Source of the DNA: Mobula hypostoma
Lineage: Eukaryota
DNA length: 64,000 nucleotides
Reading direction: 5' to 3'
Assembly (NCBI RefSeq): GCF_963921235.1
Contig: NC_086097.1
Coordinates: 54,128,001-54,192,000, forward strand
Part shown: positions 50,749-63,818 of the stretch, piece by piece
How the letters are laid out: the number at the start of each line of letters is the position of its first letter
Numbering within the stretch: the first letter of the stretch is position 1
Translations under genes and position numbers: made by a program
The notes under the pieces: model-generated
Told to the model about the DNA's origin: nothing
Databases searched by the model: none
Seen by the model: the letters and a program-made list of their open reading frames with translations, nothing else

Positions 50749-51164
50749 TGTCACCAGATTCGGGTATGGCCCAGTGAGAGACACTGAAGCGGGTCGGTAT
50801 TTCACAGACTTTGATGCGAACACTGTTACAGGGAAAAGAAAACAATAAACACTAAGCTAAACAGGGCCGTCAGCTAAAACTCTCAAATGGTGAATGAAGC
50901 CTACACTGCGGCTGAAAAGAACAGCGGAGAATAAAATGAATACCACTAGACTTCAGAGTCAGTTGACTTGACAGTCCAATTTCTCAGGCAAGGCGGAATG
51001 CAGAAAGTGAAGTGTAGCTATGTCCATGTCCAAGTCTCAACAAATACTACAATGGAATGAACAGAGTTAAATATAATCACAATTAAATAATAATTAGCTG
51101 ACAGGTGCATATTCACAAGCGCAATTGCCGTATCTACTGCGCTGCCGAATCCATCGTTGTGACA
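50749..51164. mobile_element. Solo LTR (416 bp)
   Basis: TGTCAC...GTGACA inverted ends, perfect TSD ATGTG (50744-50748, 51165-51169). Confidence 0.85.
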
Positions 51165-51939
51165 ATGTGACTCATTCAAGGCCTGGGCTATTGAGTACAA
51201 GGCTGAGTGTTTCTCTTCACATCTCCAGGTTGTAAGATGTATTGTTTGATTTGAAAACCACTAGTTTGCCATTTACGTTTTTAAATGAGGAATTATATAA
51301 ATTCTCCATAGTCCAAGTAGCAAAGATCATCCACAAATATTTTTAGCAAATTTTTGCTGCTGCCCTTTTCATTAGAAAACAGTTGAAAAGGGATAAAATA
51401 TTGAAATTATTTGCATCAAAGGGCAGATTCTAATAGGGCACGGGTTAGACCACGATAATAATTATTAGGCAACTGTCTCTTCTGAAAAAAAATCACGAGG
51501 AAAAATTAAACCTTTAAGTGAAACAGAGTCACAACTGCTTAAACTCAGTTTTTCAAAAAACTTAAGCATCAAAAAACCGATGGCCATTGCTTGTGCCTAT
51601 TCGGGATGGCAATCACCTCTGCCCACTAGGGCCAAATCTCACAACTGTAAGACACCAGCAAGGAACTGAAGTGCTGGCTTCAGTGGTTTGCATGTTCATT
51701 TCTATTCTTAGATTCCAGGCAGTGAGAATGTCCCACAGCTAATCACAGGATACATAAAAGGTTTTAAGAGTGTCCTGTATAAGGCAGGGAAAGGGTGCAA
51801 CAAAACACCTCCTCATCCTCACGGAGCATCCCAAAGCATTTCATGACAAATGAGTTAGTAAATGAAACATTTCAACATATGACCTATTTTCTTTTTCCCC
51901 AGAATGTGCCTAAATTATTCACGTTTTAAATCTAAACCG

Positions 51940-52425
51940 AGTGATTTTTACAGCTTGGTATGGAAACTGCTCTGTCGATGACCATAAAACACTGCAGCGA
52001 GTTGTGGTCACAGCTCTGCACATCACAGAGACCAGCCTCCCCTCCATGGATTCTGCCTGTCCTCTTACGGCCTCAGTAAGGCAGCCAGCATAATCAAAGA
52101 TCTCACCCACTCCAGACACTCTCTTCTCCCCACTCCTATTGGGAAGATGATTTTTAAAATCCTGAAAGCACGTACTATCAGGCTCAAGGACAGCTCCTGT
52201 CCTACTGCTATGAGACTACTGAACAGTTCCATAGTATGATAAGACGGACTCTTCACCTCAGAAACTACCTTGTTATGATCTCTCACCTGATTGCCCACCT
52301 GCCCTGGATGTATTCAGTAATTGTAACAGTTTACTCTACCCTCTACTATTGCTTCACCTTGTACTACCTCAATGGACTGCTGTAATGAATTGATCTGTAT
52401 GGATGAACTAGTTTTTCACTGGACC
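51940..52425 (+). mobile_element. Rex1/Babar 3' fragment
   Basis: TAWYGNCSVDDHKTLQRVV..IIKDLTH..RLKDSSCPTAMRLLN. Confidence 0.8.
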
Positions 52426-52659
52426 AATTTGTCTTACTGAGATTGATAGCCTTATGTATGTCATAATTAGAATTTACAATCAGTATTTAAAATAGATATG
52501 AAATATCAATCCTTGAATTATAAGACAACAATAATTCTTGCCTGGCAGTCAATATCTCAGGTTTGAAAGACTGAAGAATGTGCTTGCAGTCCTTTCAATA
52601 GAACATTAAATAGCTTTATGCTGTAAAGAGGGCAATGGACGCCCACACCCTCTGGCAAA

Positions 52660-53300
52660 GGTTCAAGATTGTTTAATGTCATTTCCATTAAACAAGTGTA
52701 AAGGATAATAAAATAATTGTTACTCCAGATCTGGTACAGCACAAAAAACACACACACACACAAGTTGAGTGAGATGTGCACTCCCAGGAAGGAGAAACTG
52801 TTCACAGTTTCCACTGCTGTGCCACAGATGTAAAAAGCTGCACGAGTGGCGCGAGTTCTGAAGTCAATAACCACCTTCTTTGCCTCGTTGACATTGAGGA
52901 AGAGGTTATTTGCTCTTGCACCTCCGCTCTGTGGGCCATGAGCGCCCCCCCCCATCCCCACGGTCATGTCATCAATGAACTCGACAATGTGAGTTTTCAG
53001 GTATTTGGCCAGGCAGTCGTGTGAGAGCAGTGGGTTAGAACACAACCCGTGTTGAGGATGATGAGAAGGGAAGAGTGACTGTTCTGCAGTCTGTGCGTCC
53101 TGTTGCACAGTGGTGTATTTCGACTGAGTAGGAATTTGTTCATCAGGGTCTGTGGGACAATAGTGTTGAACACCAAACTGAAATCCAGGAACAGTATTCT
53201 GTCATAAGTGTCCTTATTTTCTAGGTGTGTCAGGGTCAGGTACATAACAGATGCTATGGTAGACTGGTTCTGTTGGTAAGCATATTGGTGAGTGTCATTG
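52660..53300 (-). mobile_element. Deleted Rex1/Babar RT fragment with 3' tail
   Basis: THLENKDTYDRILFLDFSLVFNTIVP, EFIDDMTV, VETVNSFSFLGVHIS. Confidence 0.78.
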
Positions 53301-53477
53301 GTGTAAGCATATAAAGTTTTGTTCCATAATGTTTTGCATATACATTTTTTAAAATTCAATAATTTTCATCCTCTGATTCCTGTATTGTCAGTCACTTTGG
53401 AAGAGTCAATAACTTTGCATAATGCTACATTGAGGAATTCCTTATTCTACACACAAATTAAGAAAACTTTTAAAAAG

Positions 53478-53750
53478 TCCTCTCCGATTAGATTCTCCCT
53501 TCTCCAGTCCTGTATCTCTTTCACCAATCAACTACTCAGCTCTTTACTTCACCCCTCCCCCCATTTCAACAATCACCTCGTGTTTCTCCCTCCCTCCCCC
53601 CCGCCCCACCTTTAAAATCTACTCTTCATCTTTTTGTTCTGCCGTCCTCCAGTCCTGTGGAAGTGTCTCAGCCCAAAACGTCGACTGTACTCTTTTCCAT
53701 AGATGCTGTCTGGTCTGCTGAGTTCCTCCAGCATTTTGTGTGTGTTGCTA
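53478..53750 (+). mobile_element. Old Penelope pseudo-LTR (decayed hammerhead 53651-53686)
   Basis: Pyrimidine-rich body then agtcctgtggaag..aaaacgtcgact and the standard tail. Confidence 0.75.
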
Positions 53751-54530
53751 ACCTTTTAAAAACAGATTTTTCCGGCATGGTTCTAGGCCATTAGTTGATA
53801 AAGCTGCTTCAATTCCATGCACCCCAGAAATCTGTAAACCCAGTTACTGAATCAGGCTGCAAGAGTTAGACCTGAATGACATCATTAAGTACTATTTTGT
53901 GAACTTTGTAGGCCCAGAGATACTTGGAGATAAGTTTCTCCTTGGTGTTGACTGAGTCCATTGAAAACCAAGTGAACATGCCACTGTATCTAAACTTTTT
54001 GGATTTTAAATATTTGAAGCAGGATTCCATGAAGTTCAGAATAGATTAATTATACAAACAAAATTACCTGGGATATAAAATTGGAGGTAGAACTTGAAAT
54101 TCTCAAAGTTTTAAGAGTCTCAATCCTCAAGCTTCAAGATTCAATAATAAAACATGAGATTTTAATATAAGTACTTGAAATACTTAGTGTGGATTGAAAA
54201 TTCTGCATTTTTATTTTTGGGAGGTTAGGACCAACTTTAGAAAATGAATCCCGAAATCTCAGAGGCTCACTCAAACTATTTGATTTTAATTGAATTTAAA
54301 TCTCCATGTCCTCTAAGTTATTTTATATTCATTTTATATAAGGCACCTTTATTTGTTTCAAATTATATGCATAGAACATTATTTTGTCAATTATGTTACC
54401 ATTGAGTGTGAACATAATTTTGGACTTATTACAATCATTTTATTATTAATGAATTAATTAATTTAAAGCAACACACATCAAAGTTGCTGGTGAACGCAGC
54501 AGGCCAGGCAGCATCTCTAGGAAGAGGTGC

Positions 54531-54566
54531 AGTCGACGTTTCAGGCCGAGACCCTTCGTCAGGACT
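54531..54566 (-). ncRNA. Minimal hammerhead motif, intact
   Basis: Reverse complement is identical to 23746-23781. Confidence 0.8.
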
Positions 54567-54869
54567 AACTGAAGGAAGAGTGAGTAAGGGATTTGAAAGT
54601 TGGAGGGGGAGGGGGAGATCCAAAATGATAGGAGAAGACAGGAGGGGGAGGGATGGAGCCAAGAGCCGGACAGGTGATAGGCAAAAGGGATACGAGAGGA
54701 TCATGGGACAGGAGGTCCGGGAAGAAAGACAAGGGGGGGGGGACCCAGAGGATGGGCAAGAGGTATATTCAGAGGGACAGAGGGAGAAAAAAGAGAGTGA
54801 GAGAAAGAATGTGTGCATAAAAATAAGTAACAGATGGGGTACGAGGGGGAGGAGGGGCCTTAGGGGAAG

Positions 54870-57140
54870 TTAGAGAAGTCGATGTTCATGCCATCAGGTT
54901 GGAGGCTACCCAGACGGAATATAAGGTGTTGTTCCTCCAACCTGAGTGTGGCTTCATCTTTACAGTAGAGGAGGCCATGGATAGACATGTCAGAATGGGA
55001 ATGGGATGTGGAATTAAAATGTGTGGCCACTGGGAGATCCTGCTTTCTCTGGCGGACAGAGCGTAGATGTTCAGCAAAGCGGTCTCCCAGTCTGCGTCGG
55101 GTCTCGCCAATATATAAAAGGCCACATCAGGAGCACCGGACGCAGTATATCACCCCAGTCGACTCACAGGTGAAGTGTTGCCTCACCTGGAAGGACTGTT
55201 TGGAGCCCTGAATGGTGGTAAGGGAGGAAGTGTAAGGGCATGTGTACACGGATAAGTGCCAGGAGGGAGATCAGTGGGGAGGGATGGGGGGGACAAATGG
55301 ACAAGGGAGTTGCGTAGGGAGCAATCCCTGCAGAATGCGGGGGGGGCGGGGAGGGAAAGATGTGCTTAGTGGTGGGATCCCGTTGGAGGTGGCGGAAGTT
55401 ACGGAGAATAATATGTTGGACCCGGTGGCTGGTGGGGTGGTTGGTGAGGACCAGGGGAACTCTATTCCTAGTGGGGTGGCGGGAGGATGGAGTGAGAGCA
55501 GATGTACGTGAAATGGGGGAGATGCGTTTAAGAGCAGAGTTGATAGTGGAGGAAGGGAAGCCCCTTTCTTTAAAAAAGGAAGACATCTCCCTCGTCCTAG
55601 AATGAAAAGCCTCATCCTGAGAGCAGATGCGGCGGAGACGGAGGAATTGCGAGAAGGGGATGGCGTTTTTGCAAGAGACAGGGTGAGAAAAGGAACAGTC
55701 CAGATAGCTGTGAGAGTCAATAGGCTTATAGTAGACATCAGTGGATAAGCTGTCTCCAGAGACAGAGACAGAAATATCTAGAAAGGGGAGGGAGGTGTCG
55801 GAAATGGACCAGGTAAACTTGAGGGCAGGGTGATAGTTGGAGGCAAAGTTAATAAAGTCAACGAGTTCTGCATGCGTGCAGGAAGCAGCGCCAATGCAGT
55901 CATCGATGTAGCGAAGGAAAAGTGGGGGACAGATACCAGAATAGGCACGGAACATAGATTGTTCCACAAAGCCAACAAAAAGGCAGGCATAGCTGGGACC
56001 CATACGGGTGCCCATAGCTACACCTTTAGTTTGGAGGAAGTGGGAGGAGCCAAAGGAGAAATTATTAAGAGTAAGGACTAATTCCGCTAGACGGAGCAGA
56101 GTGGTGGTAGAGGGGAACTGATTAGGTCTGGAATCCAAAAAGAAGCGTAGAGCTTTGAGACCATCCTGATGGGGGATGGAAGTATATAAGGACTGGACAT
56201 CCATGGTGAAAATAAAGTGGTGGGGGCCAGGGAACTTAAAATCATCGAAAAGTTTAAGAGCGTGAGAAGTGTCACGAACATAGGTCGGAAGGGATTGAAC
56301 AAGGGGGGATAAAACTGTGTCGAGGTATACAGAAACAAGTTCGGTGGGGCAGGAGCAAGCTGAGACAATAGGTCGGCCAGGACAGGCAGGTTTGTGGATC
56401 TTGGGTAGGAGGTAGAAACGGGAAGTGCGGGGTGTGGGAACTATAAGGTGGGTAGCAGTGGATGGGAGATCCCCTGAGCGGATAAAGTCTGTGATGGTGT
56501 GGGAGACAATGGCCTGGTGCTCCTTAGTGGGGTCATGATCGAGGGGTAAATAAGAGGAGGTATCCACGAGTTGTCGCTGTGCTCAGCAAGGTAGAGGTCA
56601 GTACGCTAGACTACAACAGCACCCCCCTTATCGGCGGGTTTAATAATAAGGTTAGGATTAGTGCGGAGGGAGTGGAGAGCAGAGCGTTCCGAAGGAGTGA
56701 GGTTGGAATGGGGACAACGTGCAGTAAAGTCGAGATGGTTGATGTCCCGTCGGCAGTTAGCGATAAAGAGATCCAGAGCAGGCAGAAGACCAGAGCGGGG
56801 TGTCCATGAAGAAGAGGAGGGTTGAAGACGGAAGAAGGGGTCATCGGTGGAGGTGGAAGAGTCCTTGCCGAAGAAGTAGGCTCGGAGACGGAGACGGCGG
56901 AAGAAAAGTTCCGCATCATGGCGAACACGGAACTCGCTGAGGTGTGGGCGAAGGGGGACAAACGTGAGGCCCTTACTGAGAACAGAGCGTTCTGCCTCCG
57001 ACAGTTGAAGGTCGGAGGGGATGGTAAAGACCCGGCACGGATGAGAGCTGGGATCAGAGGGGGGAGGGGGGAGGCTGGGCGTGTCAGTGGAGAGGGGAGG
57101 GTTGGGGTGAGAGGAAGATGGAGCCTCTGAGGGCCCAGGA
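54870..57140 (-). pseudogene. Penelope RT plus GIY-YIG endonuclease, lightly disrupted
   Basis: LSKGLTFVP, IIKPADKGGAVVV, FYLLPKIHK, GRPIVS, MDVQSLYTSIP, GVAMGTRMGPSYA, RYIDD (ORF 55164-56567), then IYCVRCS.CGLLYIGET; one or more stops and frameshifts. Confidence 0.95.
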
Positions 57141-57344
57141 GTTATACCTCTTGCCCATCCTCTGGGTCCCCCCCCCCTTGTCTTTCTTCCTGGACCTCCT
57201 GTCCCATGATCCTCTCGTATCCCCTTTTGCCTATCACCTGTCCAGCTCTCGGCTCTATCCCTCCCCCTCCTGTCTTCTCCTATCATTTTGGATCTCCCCC
57301 TCCCCCTCCAACTTTCAAATCCCTTACTCACTCTTCCTTCAGTT

Positions 57345-57380
57345 AGTCCTGACGAAGGGTGTTGGCCTGAAACGTCGACT
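57345..57380 (+). ncRNA. Minimal hammerhead motif, intact core
   Basis: agtc ctgacga agggtgttggcct gaaa cgtc gact; predicted cleavage after 57376. Confidence 0.78.
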
Positions 57381-58930
57381 GCACCTCTTCCTACAGATGC
57401 TGCCTGGCCTGCAGCGTTCACCAGCAACTTTGATGTGTGTTGCTTGAATTTCCAGCATCTGCAGAATTCCTGTTGTTTGTAATTAATTTAAAGACCTGAT
57501 TCAACAAATGATGGATCACAGCTATACTTAACAGCAGATTGCTTATTTAAATACATTTGTCTTGGTTTTGAATATGAGAATTTTTAGAAGATGCTCAGAT
57601 TATTGAATCTATAACAATGCAAAATATTTGGCGTGGAATTCAAGGCAAATCATTCTAAGTTTATAAACCACATGGACTGACACAAACTTAGGAAACATCT
57701 GGCGCAATGAGAAATACCAAAGGCCTGGGTTTGTTTAGTGTGGAACAGATCCGAATAGAATAGTTATCACACTTAATTCCTCATCTGTGCTTTATTTTAC
57801 GTATATGATTCCAGAAGCAGTGGTAGTGAGAAGTGGCATCTGGCCTTTGTGCCCAACAACAGGGAAGAGGAAAGGGCAGGATGCTGACTCAGCTAAATCC
57901 CCGACACTTAGAATTAAGGACATCAACAAAAAGACAAGTTCATCCAGTTTGCTTGTCCTTGCTTCTAAACACTGAGAGTTTAGCTGATTTGCCGAGGGCA
58001 CTTTTACACTCTCATGAGGAGTCCAGGCAGAGCAGCACTCAAATGATGACCTGTGACCTTTGTGCGTCACTCTCACTTATTTATCGTATCCCTGTTGCCA
58101 CTTCAATCAAGATTAGTTTGAGGTCAAAGAGCCATGATTCCCATTGCTAGAAGGAAGGGAATCTGTCTTTGCACATTTAGCTGTAAGTGGAGACTCAATG
58201 ACATGAGAACCATAAAAATCTGGGTCTCCCATGTTGATGGATCTTAGTAGGTCAGGTGCTTTCTATTAGCGTATCCAGGCTGCCACTGATGTGCTCTGTT
58301 GAAATGTGATATGGTCAGGAGACCAGGCTCTGAACTTTGACTAATGGAAGGTGCTGACTCCCTAATGGATTGTAGTTCTAAAGCCTGGTCTGTACTGGCA
58401 AATTATTTGGCAATAGGGGCATCACACCTGACCTGTGGGAAGTACTATAAACCAATTATGAGAAGGCAACTGGTTGAGATCCCCTCTTGAAAATCAGAGA
58501 CAAAGTGAAACTGATCATTGAATTTTCCTGATCTGCATGACCCAGAAATGTATAAAATGGCTCACTTACACACGGACTAACAATAAAACTGTTTCAATAC
58601 AAATACACTAGGACTCACAGTCAAGTTTATAAGAAATAAATTATTATATTTAACAAATGATACACAATTAGTAACATGCAAATAGCTTGAATCAGACATG
58701 GACTTTTCAGTTTCCAGTCAATATATTAAATATTTCTTCACATCACATAAAGAGAAACATTGTTAAAGTTACTATTAGAAGTACAGTGTGATTTTCTTAT
58801 TTTCTTCAACAGGTGTATAACCATAGTGCTCTTTTTAAGTTATTATCAAATTGTGGTAGTTATCAAAGAGACTTTATTTCTTCACCTAAAGGCGGCTCAC
58901 ATTAAAATATTATCTACCTCTCTGAATACG

Positions 58931-59002
58931 TACCTGAAGTTGATGCACACAACTGGCTGTTGCTAAGTCAGAAATTGGAAGGTTGACAAAAAAAACACCA
59001 TG
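58931..59002 (-). other. Weak candidate exon (acceptor position uncertain)
   Basis: Donor CAG|gtacgt; two possible acceptors; open frame NHGVFFVNLPISDLATASCVHQLQ. Confidence 0.25.
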
Positions 59003-59184
59003 GTTCTAATATATAATCTGGCTCATGTATTTTGCTCTTGAATACTGATTTAAGATTCTTTACAAATAATGCCATTTGTAGTTATAAAGGAAAATTGATT
59101 CCATTTCTGTAAAGGTTACTGATTTTTACTTGGCTTCTACTCTAGAAAGCATCAAAACTAGTTTGATGTATATCATCACAGACA

Positions 59185-60000
59185 GACTTACTGACTATGC
59201 AATCTGGCATCAAGCAGGGCTGTGTCATTGTTCCAATCGTTCTCTCAATTTTCCCTGCTACAATACTGAAGCTTGCTTCCAAAAAGTTTCCGGCAAAAAA
59301 CAAGTTCATTTACAGGACAAATACAAAACCTTTCAAACTGCAGAGCCAGGATCTCCATCCTCCAGGTATGGTCTCAAACAGCAAACAAGTGCATATATGC
59401 AAACTCAGGTCACGTTCCTCTGAGTCATCACTGATTCCTTCATCAAACATTGCAAAAGAATAGATTTTACATTGAACAGCCCGAAGACAATGGCTGTCTG
59501 TCAATTTGCCCACTCTTGCAGCAATCATGATCCACAATGAGACCCTTTAAAATGTGGGTCTTTTTCCATGCCTCAGGATATCACAGCGGTCAGATATGGA
59601 CAAGGGAATGTACCACCTGCTGTGGCCTTCCAGCAACTGGGGAGTGGAGTGTATGAAAACCAAGACTCAGACTTGGCATCATGTTCATAATCTACCCAGC
59701 AGCAGCATTTCTGACCTCCTGTGTGCTACAGAGCAACCTATAGTTGGCACTTCACATCCCTCTAGAAGTACTACCAAAGCCTATGCAATGAAATCCTTTA
59801 AGTCCACTCACATAATAAACAATACAATGTTAACATCCTCTCCCAGGCTCACAATCCCGACGTAAAGGCTCATATCATGCTTACTTTACCCTAAAGACAA
59901 GTCATAATGTTTGCATGCCTGATGGCAGAATCCTGAAGCAAACAGTACGATCTCTGTCACAGGATCAGTTTTCCAGACAAACAGAAAGAATGTTATCAGA
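59185..60000 (+). mobile_element. Highly decayed RTE LINE RT fragment
   Basis: SGIKQGCVIVPIVLSIF..FIYRT matches the RTE GVKQGCVLAP motif. Confidence 0.6.
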
Positions 60001-60658
60001 GTCGTCTTCTTCTTGATGAGTTGCTAGGATTGGTCCTGGCCCCTAACTACTTACAAGCTTAATCAATGATTTGGCAAAAGGGACCAAATTGCAAACATTG
60101 CAAAGAGGCTTTGGGATATAGACAAGCAATAAAGTAGGCAACACCATCGTAGCTAGGCTACAATGTAGAAAAATATAAGATTTTCCAACAGTAGAAATGC
60201 TGATACTTTTCCAAATAACAGTATAGTGGGAATTGTCGTTCAAAGAGATCAAGGGTTACTTGTATACACGTCAATGAAAGTTAACTACAAGCACAGTGGG
60301 AAATTGGGAAGGCAAATTATAATCTGGCACCTATTACATGATTATTTGAGGATAAGAGAACACAAGAAAATAGGAGTAGAAGCAGACTGATCAGGTTCAT
60401 CCATGTTGGCCTCAGCTCCTCTTCTGTGTCAGTCCCTCATAACTCTCAATTCCAAATATTTATCCATTTCCTTAAGTATATCTAAAGATCTGGCCACCAC
60501 CACCCTCAACAGCAGAGAAATGCACTGATTTATTCACTCTTAAGTGAAGAGACTTATATACACCTCAGCCCTTATTTTGCAGCCATATCCCTTTGTTTGA
60601 GAGTCTCCCGTGAGGGAAAACATCTCAACATCAAGAGAAAAGCTGCCTTATTACAACT

Positions 60659-60754
60659 AACACACATCAAAGTTGCTGGTGAACGCAGCAGCCCAGGCAG
60701 CATCTCTAGGAAGAGGTACAGTCGACGCTTCAGGCCGAGACCCTTCGTCAGGAC
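60659..60754 (-). mobile_element. Penelope tail starting at the hammerhead (GAAA mutated to GAAG)
   Basis: Near-identical to 54471-54565. Confidence 0.88.
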
Positions 60755-62237
60755 CCTATCTTCTCTGACTTCTAGTATGACTGCAGTAAACAAATGGATG
60801 AGCAACTATTTCCTAAAACTAAATGAAGTTAAAACTGAAATATTTTTGGTTGGTCCCAAAACCAGAAGAGATCAACTCCTTGACAAACTTGGGGATTTGA
60901 CTCCCGTTGTAAAATCAGAAGTAACTAGCGTGGGTGTTACCCTTGATTCAGATTTGAATTTTAAATCCCACATAAAGTGATCAGAGTAGCATTTCTACAC
61001 TTACGAAATATTGCAAAGATACGTTCATTTCTGTCACATAATGATGCTGAAAAACTAATTGATACCTTTATATTGAATAAACTAGATTATTGCACTGCAC
61101 TTTTTCCTGGTCTTCCAAAGCAATCTATTGGCTTCAACACTTTCAGAACGTCGCTGTTAGACTCTTAACCAAAGCCAGAATAAGGGAACATATTGCTCCC
61201 ATATTAGCTACTCTGCTTTGACTTCCTGTATCTTTTATAATTGATTTTAAAGCTTTCTTACTTGTTTTTAAAGCTCTTAATGGTCTGGAACCTGAATAAA
61301 TCACAGAATCGTTTTCATTTTACAATCCCGCTCGAGCTCTCAGGTCTTTTTCGGACAGTCTCTTAAATTTAAATAATCTCCCTCAAAAGATAATTGGCAG
61401 GTTAGCTTTTTTGAGCTATGCTCCTAAACTGTGGAATTCAATACCTAAAGCTATGAGAGATGCAGACTCAGTTGACACTTTTAAACGCCAGCTCAAAACC
61501 TATTTATTTCAATTTCATTTATTATCAAGGTGTGTACGCTCTATACAACCTTGAGATTTGTCTCCTTACAGGCAGCCACAAAACAAAGAAACCCAGCAGA
61601 ACCCATTTTAAAAAAGACCATCGAACATCCAATGTGCAAAAAAAAAACAAATAGTGTAAACAATAAAAGCCAGCAAACAACTGAAGCTCACGAAAGTGAG
61701 TCCCCAGCCACAAAGCCAGTCATCACTGCAGCCAATCCAGGAGCCCATTATTTACAGGCCGCAGCCCCAGTTCAGCTGAGAGACGAGTAAACCACATGGA
61801 GCAGTGAGCTGAACTGGCCCATCCCTCACCTCCAGTTCCAACACCCAGACCTTTTCAATCTGGCCCAGTGTTTAAATCATCCAAACCTTGCCCTTGGATC
61901 CGGAAGCTGCCACTTTGATACACCCTTGGCCTCAGGTCCCGCCACACCCGGACTTTCCAATTCAGCCCAGTGGTTAAATTGATCAAACCTTGGGTCTTTC
62001 CATGCTCTCGGGCCTGGGCCCTGAAGCCTTGACTCTGCCTCACCTCAGTTCTGCCACATCGAATCACCTCCATCTGCTCCAGCAATGGTCATAACCTTGC
62101 TTTTAACTAACATCTTCTTGTCTTTTAGCGTCATGTTTACTTTCATGTTTGTAATTTTATCCCATTGTAAAGAACTTTGAATTGCATCATCTGCATGAAA
62201 AGTGCTCTATAAATAAAGTTATTATTATTATTATTAT
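60755..62237 (+). mobile_element. L2 LINE 3' fragment
   Basis: WMSNYFLKLNEVKTE, GVTLDSDLNFKSHI, AFLHLRNIAKIR, LDYCTALFPGLPK; AATAAA and (TTA)n tail. Confidence 0.92.
61510..62090 (-). mobile_element. Non-autonomous Rex1-tailed element inserted in the L2
   Basis: The L2 sequence ctcaaaacctatttatt|taaccttgctttt is split by it; its end resembles Rex1 3' UTRs. Confidence 0.65.
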
Positions 62238-63818
62238 TCAGAGAATGGTAAATTCTCCACCTTGGAGGGCTATGGAAGCTCAGTCAGTGATTGTATCTGT
62301 TATGATCTTATCAGATGATGGAGCAGTAGGAGGAATCAAATGGTCTGCTGCAGTTTCGAATTCCTTGTTGTTGGATTCCTTGAGATAGAGCTTCTGGGCT
62401 AATAGTGCCATTAAAATTGGAGGTTGGGATGTTATGTTGCAGTTTGTTCACTACTGAGTGCTGATGGCAACAACCAGCAGATAAGTTAACAGCAAAGCAT
62501 TACAGAGCCTTATCCCATCACCTGGCAATCATGCATGTACTTTCAGCAGGGATTGCTGGATAGCATTCAGGAGTAAAGCCCCTGATGGGTTATACTATTT
62601 TAAACCAAGTGTGCTAAGTTCAACCGCAAAACTCTTACCTCATCCCAGTTGAGATGAGTCTACTCTGCTCAGAGAAAAGTTTGAACCTGGGTTCTCTCTG
62701 GTCTATACATGCTCACTGGTATTCAGAAGGATGAGGAAAACCTACCTAACATTAGAAGACTTGGATAGAGTGAATATTTCCTATGGTGGGTGAGTCTAGG
62801 ACCAGAGCGGACAGCCTCAGAATGCAAAGATGTCCCAATGCAGTAGAACAATGTGATTGTGCAATCCAATTTCTAGGTAATTTTTTTGTAAAATGCCGAG
62901 AGCTGGCAGGTGTACTTCAGTACCACAATAGTTGGATATCACCTTTTGTATTGACTGAACACTGCTGTAGATGGCAATTCAAGTTCAAGTTTAATTGTCA
63001 TTCAGCTATATACATGAACACAACCAAACAAAACAGTGTTCCTTTGGCATGAATGAGGACCTGGTTGGTGCAACAACTGAAGCCACACAGCTTCTCACCA
63101 ATGAACCAGTGAATATGACTCGTAGCATTCTACACTACCAACGCTCAACAGGGTCTTGCAATCATAACAAAAACATCCAAGATAATCACCTGCACCGTCC
63201 GTTGGATCACACGCTGAGCTCCCGGCTGAAGTAGGCTGCAAAAACAGTACACACCAGGTACAGTTCCACCACCATCCAGCAACTCGCTAGGGGGGTAGGT
63301 CTGCAATACTTGGCGTTCTTGATAACCGGCAGTGACCTGTGAAAAAGATGGAAAGGATGAACTACAAGTTTGAATAAAGCAGATGGTCCCCATGGCTTTG
63401 CTTCCCTTCGAACTAGAACCAATGAGAAAGGAACCACCTAGAGCTACCATCAGTGTCATTTTCAGGTAATGTGCTGTACAGATTTATCTGTTGATGTGGC
63501 AGAATCAATAACTGCTGATTGTATTTCTGGGTGTCGGATGCAGAGAGTCCAATACGGGACGTGTAGGCTCTGCACATCCCATATTGACTCTGAGTAGGAT
63601 AAGTAGCTTGGGACATTGCATGCTCCTTTGTTCTTTATAAATGATCTCTGCACGTACCTATCACAGATAATCAAATAGTCAGTGCCTTTACAGGGGCTCT
63701 TTGTCCATTCCCAAGGATCAATGAGGATGTTACAAATTTTAAGGAAAATTGTGGATACAGTATATTTGAATTGTATTGGTTCCTGTTTTGGGGATAGGGA
63801 GGATGATCAGATATTAGC

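Larger units (their letters stand above)
54469..57479 (-). mobile_element. Penelope-like retroelement, 3 kb, with inverted pseudo-LTRs and 14-bp TSD
   Basis: RT and GIY-YIG on the minus strand; 54469-~54770 is the inverse of ~57142-57445; TSD taattaatttaaag at 54455-54468 and 57480-57493. Confidence 0.96.

Noticed and set aside
54484..54873. Recurring MLVNAAGQAASLGRG ORFs (also 18167, 46632)
   Set aside because: Antisense translations of the pseudo-LTR, not a gene family.
56606..57427. 273-aa ORF as a single gene
   Set aside because: Chimera: antisense pseudo-LTR read in frame into the truncated Penelope ORF across the inversion junction.
63040..63680. Several overlapping ORFs in coding-like sequence
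   Set aside because: No consistent frame, splice sites or motif; possibly an ancient repeat, but unassignable.
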